Shown: positions 53,437 through 64,000 of the stretch, one piece after another
Layout: each line of letters starts with the position of its first letter
Numbering within the stretch: position 1 is the first letter of the stretch
NCBI RefSeq assembly: GCF_006345805.1
Contig: NC_043004.1
Location: 43,400,001-43,464,000, forward strand
Direction of reading: 5' to 3'
Source: Octopus sinensis
Taxonomy: Eukaryota
DNA: 64,000 nucleotides
Made by a program: the position numbers and the translations under genes
The notes under the pieces: generated by a model
Database searches by the model: none
What the model saw: the letters and a program-made list of their open reading frames with translations, nothing else
What the model was told of the DNA's origin: nothing

Positions 53437-55603
53437 GTGTTGTAATACGCTGTGTTTATGCTCTAATTCTTTTGCCGTGATTAAATCAGTTACCAGAGTT
53501 CCAGACTGCAAAGTTCTGGTCATAAAACATCTGATGAGTATTACATGAGCTAATGACAACTCTGTCTTTTCATGGTGTACCTCATTATTATTTAATTTTT
53601 TTATATTCATTATATTTTCAACACGTATCGCGAATGTTTCGATAAACATCTATGGAATGTTAACATTTTTTTCTTCTGCAGTGTTTTCGTTGATGTATTT
53701 GTAAATTTTAATGTCAATTGTGTTGCACTTTGAACTTACTGGTGTTGCTTGTTAAAGATTTAATGATTTTATTTGGCAATATTTCGTGATTGCTTTGGCT
53801 GTATCCCTTTAACTTCATTTGATATATGCTATATGTTTATTTTATAGAAATGTGATGTAACCAATTCAGTGTCGGTCGGATGTCATGTGTATGTAATCGG
53901 GACACTATTCTTGTTGAAACTGTGAGTCTGCACTTGTCCTGCACTCGTCCTTCTTGCATATTATAATTTTCTTTTATAGCCTAAATTTAGTTTGCAAACT
54001 ATATGTTACTGTAGCTGAGGATAATATTTCATGAGAAGAAACCGTGTTAAGAAGTAGAAATCAAGATGATGCTCATAGTTCTCAGACATGTATACGCACA
54101 CAGTTTTCTATTAGTTAAGACAATATGCTTTCAGAGTTACATTGGTAACTTATAGTGATTGAATGTACTTGTTAGAATCTCGCACTTGTATTGGATAGAT
54201 TTGAGCATTTCTTGCTCACATCATATATTCGCCTTAGGAGCAATGATATTTATTTATATTCCTTGTTCGTTTCTGTTTGTTGTTGTTCTAAGATTTATTT
54301 CGGTTATCATGAGTTTTCACACTTTTCTCTGGAATTCACCAGCCTGCCCACATTTAAAGTGCAATCGGATTCCTATTGTTACTGCTTACTTGCTACGTGC
54401 ATAATGTTTTGCTGAATGATCATATTGCAAGGTGGAGTAGTAAATATTAAATTGCTTTTGAACTTATTTCCATTCATTTTGACTTGCAATGTGTAAATTC
54501 CGTAGAAGTGAATTCAGCAACGTAATCATTTGCCTTCATTATTGCAGGACTGATTGAGATAATGTACATCCATACGCCTCTTCACACACTATACTTTTTA
54601 CTTTTCGTCAGATTCTTCGTGTCAATACATATCACATTCCACGTACAATCGAAACTAACTTTTAAACTCTTATTATTTTCCCTAAGTTTGTTCGAGTACA
54701 GGGACAAATTTCATTCTAAACGATTTTCCCTTTTAATACAAAGGGGAAATTAAGTCAATTTCTAGCATTTTATTCTACTGGATGTTTGCAGTTTTTTTTC
54801 TCTTGTAAAATTGGTCTTTCTTCGATATCAGCTCCCCGCTTATATAATATCGGTGTAATTTCTCGACGATCTTTTTACCGACACATATCCCAATGCTATG
54901 CTAATTTCTTTAATTGCTTTCTTTCCAGAAATCGTAGGTAGGATATTCGTGGTTAAATGCATATAAGTAGTTATTATCTAAATGTAAATTTTGTATAATT
55001 ATAGACATGCTGTTATCGAGTAACGCCAACTCTTCTTCATAGGTTGATCGATAGTTACAAAATAATTAATTAGGGTATCTTGGATGCAAGTGCCGAAATA
55101 TCATAGATTTCAACGTAAATGAAAGGAATTAAAATTTTATGGTGTAAATGATAGTGTCTGTTAGTTTTATGACATTGCATTAAATATCATTGACAGACTA
55201 TCTTTAATATCAAGAGAAATCCACGACGAAAAGACGAATATTTAAAATTTGATTATCTAAGACATGAGGTGGGATGTCCAATGGGATAATTGAGAAATAG
55301 ATATTTTGGGATTAATCTCATCAATCACTGACAGTAAGATCCTGTTGAAAACTGAATATGCTGTATATTCTATAGTAAACAAACACCTTCAAAAATATAA
55401 ACTGTTTCCAGAGACGAACTCCGAATTAGAAAATAAGATGAAGTAAATTACAAGTTGTCAATGTACAACGAAATATCGCCGAACAGGATTTTCACCACGT
55501 AAAGTAAATAATATTGAAGAAACAGCTCAAAATATCTCCGTATAAACGCATAGACCTAAAGGCACACATATACCCAGATACCAACACACACATATGCATA
55601 CAT

Positions 55604-55682
<79 letters not shown>

Positions 55683-55708
55683 GCACATACATATGTATGT
55701 ATACGTAT

Positions 55709-55741
<33 letters not shown>

Positions 55742-57743
55742 GTATGTGCGTGTGTGTATACGCATATGTATATGTGCCTGTGTGTGTATGTATATGTTTG
55801 CTTATGTTAGTTTGAGCAAAAGTCACGATGCGTTTTCGAAAGCTCCTCTGCTTCTTGTCGTCTACCACATGATAATTCCATCTCTTGTGTAATCCCATAT
55901 TATGGGTATATATTTGGAATTCCTTTCCCCTTAGGATAAATGTAATTATAACAATAACAACACGAAGATAGAAATTCGTTGATATTGATTCTGCGTCGTA
56001 ACGTATATTTCTATATCACACACTATCATTAGTTTGCCAGTTTTCTTATTCATATGATATTATTTAAGATTTCCGCTTAAGATTACTATTTAAGATTACA
56101 TTTCTAGCGTTGATGCTTCTTCAAACAGGCACTACTGAAATATTGTAAGACAGATTTAATGACCTTGAAGACACACACCATTTTACATCAGTTAAATTAT
56201 TTTATTATATTGGTGGGGGCGCCATACGACTAACAAAAAGAAGGAAAGAAACCCAAAAACCAGAACTCCTATTTAACTTGTGGGTGTTGCTTACGAAAGT
56301 ACAAACATGGACGAAAACAAAACTTTATTCTTCTGTTTCAATTCAAAGAATAAAAAACAAGATATTAGTTTATGAAGGACTATGATTCAGTGATCAAAAG
56401 ATTGTTTGCGGCCGCACGTAAGACAAATTGATTTCATGGAGAACACAACGCATCGCCGGGTCCGTGATCCAGACCCATGGAAACGTGAGTACCATACCTA
56501 ATAAGTGGTTCTACCCACGCACGCACGCACGTATAAAAACAAATACGGATCTTTCCGTCGCTACAAAAAAAAACTTGATTTACTACAGAATTGGGAAATG
56601 CAATTCTTATCTTACCATTACTTACGATGTTGTAAATTGAAATAGAAGTGCAAACGTATGCAATTTTTTGAACAGAAAGAAGAGCATAAAAGCAACATAA
56701 CTACATTGCCAAGTGAAAATGCATCAGCAAGGACGTATAAATTATAAGAACAGAGAAGAGAAATACATTAGGGAATAAATAAGTAATTGACCATATCTTA
56801 TTTTGAAGCTCTCACATCATAAATAATGTTCATTTTTGCATGATAGGTGGCACTGCACTGGGAGCTATGAAGAGAAAGAGAACCACTGGGTCCTTTACTG
56901 TTATTATCAGTATGATTTTCTTCTACAAGAATGAAGAAGTTAACTGAATTTTTTAGCTAACTTTTGCATTTGTTGTGTTAATTAATCTCCTTCAGTAATA
57001 ACATTCATCATCATTCGGGATTGGTAGAAACAGACACTGTATCAATTATGTCTAATTCGCATGTGATGTTAATGCACTAAAAATTGTTATTCCTTCTAAA
57101 TGTTCAGCACACAGCTGTACTAGCTTGTTAATGTTCCGTCGCTATTTACACATTCTGTTTTCTGTTTAACATATCAACGTAATTATGTGCAACGTTTGCG
57201 TGAATAACAACTATATTAACTCTGATAATCAGCTTGCAATTTCAAGTGTTCTTTCATAAAAGCGTCACATCCAATTATAAAAGAAAATACACACACGAAC
57301 GCGCACACATACACACACACACGCACACACATACGCGCATATACACAGACACGCATGCACACACACACGCACACACTAACACACATAATTTTACGGAGTA
57401 GTTGCAAAAACACGTGACCTATTTTAAAATTTATTGTCACTGTTACTCCTACGATAGCATTTCCTTTATGGCTTTCAGTATGGTTATGTTTCTATCCTGA
57501 AAAATAATCATTGTATCAGGTTTAATGTCCAACGCAATCATTTTAAGAATCTTTATAGCATTACAGTTTTTTTTTTTTACCTCCACTTGACATTTTCCTT
57601 CAGGACAAATTATATCACGGTAATGTTCAATGGTTTACAAGTTGGTACTTAGAACCAACAGGAGCAGAGACGGATTAAAGATTACGCAGCAAATATGAAA
57701 ACGTTCAAAATCGAAGCAATACAGTCCTACATTTGCAAATATA

Positions 57744-57976
57744 TATTTCTTCACTACCCACAAGGGGCTAAACACAGAGGGGACAAACAAGAACAGACAA
57801 ACGGATTAACTCGAAAACATCGATCCCAGTGCGTTACTGGTACTTAATTTATCGACCCCGAAAGGATGAAAGGGAAAATCGACCTCGGCGGAATTTGAAC
57901 TCAGAACGTATCGACAGACGAAATACGGTTACGCATTTCGCCCGGCGTGCTAACGTTTCTGCCAGCTCGCCGCCTT
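57744..57976 (-). mobile_element. tRNA-derived SINE, family 2
   Basis: Full-length reverse copy. Confidence 0.9.
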
Positions 57977-58353
57977 TTGTAAATATAATTGGTAGACACC
58001 TTTAGACCCAAAACTTTAAGTTAGATATTTAAAACGATGAGGTATGTAATGGAAGGTGCAGTTATTTTATTGGAATTAGCTGCTGTCCCACGTAGGGTGA
58101 GTTTTTGCATAGATGCACAGTTTGTGCTGGTGCTAACGTCGGTAGTATTGTTGCAATATTTGGAACTGTAACTGCTGTAGAAATTCATTTTATGCTATCA
58201 TATTAGGTAATTGCTTGATTTTTAATTTTATGTACGGTCAGATTATGTATTATGTATCCAGAAATTAGTAATGAATTCAAGCAACTTTACTAAGCATGCG
58301 CTATCGTAACACGTTTGCAAAATCACGGCGTTGTCTAACTGATATGTGTGTGA

Positions 58354-58387
<34 letters not shown>

Positions 58388-58429
58388 ATGATCGGCGTAT
58401 TTCGTGTTATAGATTTATGTTTTTTTTAT

Positions 58430-58804
58430 GAATGTGGAAGCACTCCGTTGGTTCCGACGACGAGGGTTCCGGTTGATCCGAATCAACGGAACAGCCTGCT
58501 CGTGAAATTAACGTGCAAGTGGCTGAGCACTCCACAGACACATGCACCCTTAACGTAGTTCTCGGGGATATTCAGCGTGACACAGAGAGTGACAAGGCCG
58601 GCCATTTGAAATACAGGTACAAGAGAAACAGGAAGTAAGAGTGAGACAAAGTTGTGGTGAAAGAGTACAGCAGGGATCACCACCATCCCTGCCGGAGCCT
58701 TGTGGAGCTTTAGGTGTTTTTTGCTCAATAAACACTCACAACGCCCGGTCTGGGAATCGAAACCGCGATCCTACGACCGCGTAACCACTGGGCCATTGCA
58801 CCTC
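58430..58804 (-). mobile_element. tRNA SINE with family-1-like head and a third tail type
   Basis: Head matches 44448-44620; tail differs from both other subtypes. Confidence 0.8.
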
Positions 58805-59367
58805 CTCTTTTTTATGAATATAACATTATATATAAGATTTGTGCTTAAGAATATTCATAATATACATTGTAGCAGTTTATAATATATAACGAGTGGTTAA
58901 TAAACTGCATGCAAACAAGCCATCATCAACTAATAAGCGCAATTTCTAAAATATATTTAATGTTAGACTTGTAACATGATTACTTACGTAATTGTTTCTG
59001 CACGAAATTGAAATCAGATGACAATCACGTACGAACATGAACGAATATTTGTATTCATTTGTTTTAACAGAGTAAGTTTTATGAAGTAAATGTTAAATAA
59101 ATATAAATAATTGTAGCTTTTTGCAGCAGACTTAGCAAGAATTAATTGTAATTTATTTCGATTATAAAATGAGATATTTCAAATTAAGCTTGTGAGAATC
59201 TGTCATAAGAATTGGCACATAAAATATTGTAGCATAATTTTAAATATCCAAAATATTCTGTTCTACCTGGAATGCATGGCATATCTAAAAGATCAGACTT
59301 TCAAAGTATTGTACTTTGCACTGTATAGAGAAAGTTTTAATTTTTTTCATTGCCTTTAAACGGGATT

Positions 59368-59425
<58 letters not shown>

Positions 59426-59459
59426 GCTACTACTACTACTTCTGCTACTACTACTGCTT

Positions 59460-59492
<33 letters not shown>

Positions 59493-59510
59493 ATACTACT
59501 ACTACTACTA
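59368..59510. repeat. (CTA)n microsatellite
   Basis: Direct reading. Confidence 0.95.
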
Positions 59511-59987
59511 TTGAAATTATTGTAAAATTATGCTATCATATTAGATAATTGCTTGATTTTTCAATTTTATGTACGATCAGATTATGTAATTATTGAAATT
59601 ATTGAAACTACCCTGATACGTGACGCGTTGGTGGAGCGAGATATGAATATCCGAGATCGCAGGTGGAATGATGGTCGGAATTTTATAAGTTCCGAACTGA
59701 GGCTTGGTAGTTTTCGTTATCAACTTGAAGAATGATGATTTGGCTGTGCATTCATTTACTTCTTTGCCACATGTATCACTGACGAAGGGATGGTTCTTTT
59801 TGAACTAACCCTGAAATCGATCCGATATGGTAATAATGGAATTTTTTAGAGATTTCTGTCGACCTTTTTCGAGTAGCGTGCGTACTGGAAAAGAATTATA
59901 TGGTAACTGGACACTATGTCCAATTTTCGGCATACTTGGCATTAGAAATTTTTTCGTTTGCCCTTATTCATAAGATGTATATATATG

Positions 59988-60035
<48 letters not shown>

Positions 60036-60214
60036 ATATATTATGACATTTATTTCAGTTAGGTATTATATATTTTATTATATTAAATAAGAAAATAATT
60101 ATTTAATAAATAATTAAAAGATTAAATTAAATTAAGAAAATATTAGATACGCGATAATAGTAAACTTGTATAAATTATGCAGTATTATTTTAATTGAAAA
60201 ATACCCATTTTTTT

Positions 60215-60439
60215 AATACTCACAAGGGGCTAAACAGAGAGGGGACAAACAAGGAAAGACAAACGGATTAAGTCGATTATATTACGCACTGGGGCGTAAC
60301 TGGTACTTATTTAATCGACCCCGAAAAGATGAAAGGCAAAGTCGACATCGGCGGAATTTGGACTCAGAACGTAACGGCAGACGAAACACCGCTAAACGTT
60401 TCGCCCTGCGTGCTAACGATTCTGCCACCTCACCGCCTT
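60215..60439 (-). mobile_element. tRNA-derived SINE, family 2
   Basis: Full-length reverse copy. Confidence 0.9.
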
Positions 60440-60449
60440 ATTGAAAAAT

Positions 60450-61030
60450 ACCTGCTCAGGCTGCGGCGGCACTTCAACGTCTTGCTGAGGTTCAGTATCA
60501 TGGGTGGGAGCCTCCGTTATATGCAATGGTAGAATGTTGTCGACAAACTGGTCAGCAATCCCTCTGCCCACCATAGACTAACGGACGCCAGTACCATCAT
60601 TTTGGTCAAATGCCTTGCCAATGCTGGTCTGGCGTGCTTTCTTTCCACCTGGCTGCGATGACTGGCTACTGACACTGCTACTATAAGATTGCCTGTGTTT
60701 TCCCACGAGAATAGCCGGATTGGTTCCTATCCCCAAACTGGATTGCATGCTTTGGGCGTTTCCTCTTGACATGCAATTTCAAGATGTAGAGGCTTGTCGC
60801 TTATCCCTTCATAGTGGACTCTCTCGGCTAGCACATAACGCACTGGAAGTAGATGATTTTGGCTTTCCTCTTTTCCCTTGATGTAAGGTCAAACTAGCTT
60901 TCGAAGTGGAGTCACATGCTCTGAGACTTCTGGCTGAGCGATGTCTGCCTCACCCACTGCTATTGCAGATTTCTCAACAGGTCCTTCACCCTCAAGCCGA
61001 ACAAAAACTTCTTCAACTTCCATAACGATA
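60450..61030 (-). pseudogene. Decayed hAT-like transposase N-terminus (BED zinc finger)
   Basis: Across frameshifts: YFQCVMC*P..STMK...STS..KLHVKRK.P (CxxC...H), then GKKARQTSI..AF and GIADQFVDNILPLHITEAP. Confidence 0.5.
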
Positions 61031-61486
61031 AGTAATAACTTGATAAGCCGATAACGTACACTGCTGTCGCTGACACTGTAAGAATGTCTGCAATGTGACA
61101 ACGTCGTAAGTGAACGCAACTCAAAACTGCAGAAGTACACAATGCTGCTTAGCTAGCTGCTGCCGCATCCACAAATCATGTATTGTTACGTGTACAAGGA
61201 GACAGCCAATAGCGGACTTGACGGTCTCTTCGATACACTCCCTTAACATACAAAAATAAACGTATGAATTTTGTTATCGGAACGAACTTTAGCAGAAGCT
61301 AATTGGTCCAATGGTTTCCAAAATTACTGAAAACGAAAATCTTCGATCTAGTTCTTGACTGAAGATAAAAGGCTTCGAATGACCCGTCCGTGTTTTTTTT
61401 TTGTATCGTCTATCTGGATGTTTTGTTGTCCCTTTTGTGTCATCTAGTTGTCCGGATGTTTTGCGTTCTTGACCCATTTTGTATTT

Positions 61487-61566
<80 letters not shown>

Positions 61567-61588
61567 TATATATATATTATATATATAT

Positions 61589-61640
<52 letters not shown>

Positions 61641-62189
61641 ACAGAGTGCGACTTCGGGAGAGAGAGTGGAAGAGAGAGAGAGATAGAGAACATGCTAGAA
61701 AGATACACCGATAAAAATTCTTTAACTTACACTTGTTTAACTCACTGGAAGCAGCCACGCTGGGGGACCTATTTGGGGATTTTTAGTCGAACGAATTGAG
61801 CCCAGTACCTATCGTTTAACCTGGTGCTTATTTTATCAAGTCTTTTGCTGAAGCGCAAATTCAAAGGGAGATATACAAAACAATATCGGGTGTCTTGTGG
61901 TAGTATGTATATATGTACATAATTGAATATTCGTGTATGTTTAAATTAATCGATTGTGGTAAGAATCCCTTTGGTTCCATCCCACTATGGTTCTGTCACA
62001 TTTTGGTTCTGTCCCACTGCGTCACACAAGGGCATTTGTCTTCTGCGCTTTCTTCCAAACCGATCAAAATCTTGTGAGTGCATTTCATAAACAAAAGCTT
62101 TTAGAAGACCGTCGTTTGTATATACTCCAGCCATTTCATCATGTTAATCCCTATACATTCTTTTCTCTCTCGGTTTTTTTATTTTAACC

Positions 62190-62325
62190 ACTTAACCCTT
62201 CCTCTCGAGGGGCGTAGGCTCTAAAACGTCAAAGACTTTTCCATTCTTCCCGAGCGTTAAATTAATACACCTGCTTGTTGTTCCTTCACATGTCTTCGTC
62301 TTTTGTTTTCTGTAAATTCTAAGTA
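62190..62325 (+). mobile_element. pLTR remnant, same family as 19375-19550, with degenerate HHR
   Basis: ggggc gtag gctc taaaacgtc aaag...cccgagcgtt...cacatgtcttcgtctttt. Confidence 0.65.
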
Positions 62326-62350
62326 TATTCTAAGTGTGTGTGTTTGTGTG

Positions 62351-62411
<61 letters not shown>

Positions 62412-64000
62412 CTGTATACATATGCACGGTCGATTGTGCGACTGCCTGTTTCCTGTCTGTTAATTTGTCTGTCTTTGTCCTCCGCCACAGCTTTATGGCA
62501 GTCTTTGGTGTGTTTGCGTATCTGTAATGTAGTGGTTCAGCGAAAGGACAGGATTTACACAATACCAGTTTAAAAAATAAGAAATACGGGGTTCGATTCG
62601 CTCCACTATCGCTTCTTCAAATAATGCACTAATCAAGTACTAAACACGCACTTATCAACCACAAAATGTTTGAAAGGCAAATCATGAAAACCGGCGGAAT
62701 TTGAACTCAGAAAGGAAAGAATCTCAAGATATATCGTTGAGTACTTTGTCGAATGGGATAATAGAACTGTCAGCGCACTACAGTCAAGGCAGTCTTACTG
62801 TGTTAATTATAAGTATATTGAAACAACATATATAATACATGATTGACTGTATCCTTTTCAATTTTTATAGCTATTAAACAGATCTATGAATGAATATAAT
62901 TTATGTTCTAACCATTCACTGAACACCATAGTTTTCCTATAAGAAGAATAAATTAATGGGATAAAAGGTATTTGTAAACTTAATCTGGCTTTTATAAAAC
63001 ATATGTAGCCATAAATCCTGTAATCTATGTCTACGATATTTCATCGTCAATGGAATTGAAAAACAGAAAAAAACGAATGATTGTGTTCTCTTATTGCCAA
63101 ATGGTAATCTTATTGAAACAGAAATCATTATTGTATGTGGAATGTATTCATATTCTTGGGAATTTTCTTTTTTACGTTATATTCTATTCATTCTCGTTTC
63201 CATTAAACGAAGGAAGGAAAGACTGACTTTATTAATGCATAGGATTTCCAGCTAAATCTTTCAATGCAGCTGAAGTCACGTACGTTGAAGTCAATGTGAC
63301 ACTGCATATATTTGGTGTGAGATTAGATTATAAGTCGGCATATGTTATTAGTTCGTGTCGTGGGTCAATGATACTCTTTTAAGCTAGCCATACATTGTTT
63401 TACACAAAACACAGACGCATGTGTGTGTATGTGTGCGTGCGTATGTATCTATGTTTATTGCGTAAATTTTGCAATTAAAGCAGAACAATTAAATATTTCG
63501 AAAAAATTTTCAACGAATTCTCAAAATATCGTTCTTGATTTCGGGCTTCAACACAATTCTAGTTATAGAAATAAGAAAGCTAACACAATTAAAAATGACA
63601 ATCACCTATATATGATAAACAGAATGAGTTGGATCATATGTTTTAGGGATTCTTTTTTATTTATTGTTGGAATTATTCTGTTAAGAATTACAACGGTTAT
63701 AGGGAATGTAGAAACCAGAAACAGATTGTGATTTAGAGAGAAGACTCCATAGAGAGTACAAATTTAAATCTAAATAGGTTAAATATTCCATCAAGAAAGC
63801 TCCCATGGGTATTCAACATGAAATTATCTTCGGGGGAAATTTTACTCATGGATATATGTTAGCGGATTGGGAAAACAAACCTATAAGTACGTGTATGCAT
63901 AAACACGTACACAGACATACACATATACATGTATATTCAAACATACATATATATATATATATATTATATATATATATATATTATATATATATATATGAAC

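Noticed and set aside
54790-54900. Ankyrin-like EITPILYKRGADIEER on the minus strand
   Set aside because: Two in-frame stops immediately upstream and a single partial repeat; consistent with chance.

Overview
AT-rich animal genomic DNA made up mostly of microsatellites and transposon debris. The SINE families look octopus/cephalopod-like (inference from recalled consensus sequences, not a database hit). No host protein-coding gene can be supported. Contents: several tRNA-derived SINE families, two CR1-type LINE 3' fragments, decayed Tc1, mariner and hAT DNA transposons, a 5'-truncated but nearly intact Penelope-like retroelement (RT + GIY-YIG, 46.06-50.0 kb), and about a dozen hammerhead-ribozyme (HHR) motifs in Penelope-type pLTR remnants, nearly all embedded in (TA)n. 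The most striking structure is an ~8.2 kb non-coding, strand-skewed palindrome (25308-33513). It has a minimal type I HHR near each outer end, internal ~1 kb tandem units and a short direct repeat on both flanks, and a third single-arm copy lies at 39771-41986. The same fold-back-plus-one-sided-tail layout recurs at 160-350 bp scale (24737, 25036, 51816). The 51816 hairpin carries an HHR with a swapped G3-C8 core pair. All coordinates were read by eye; nothing was computed or searched.
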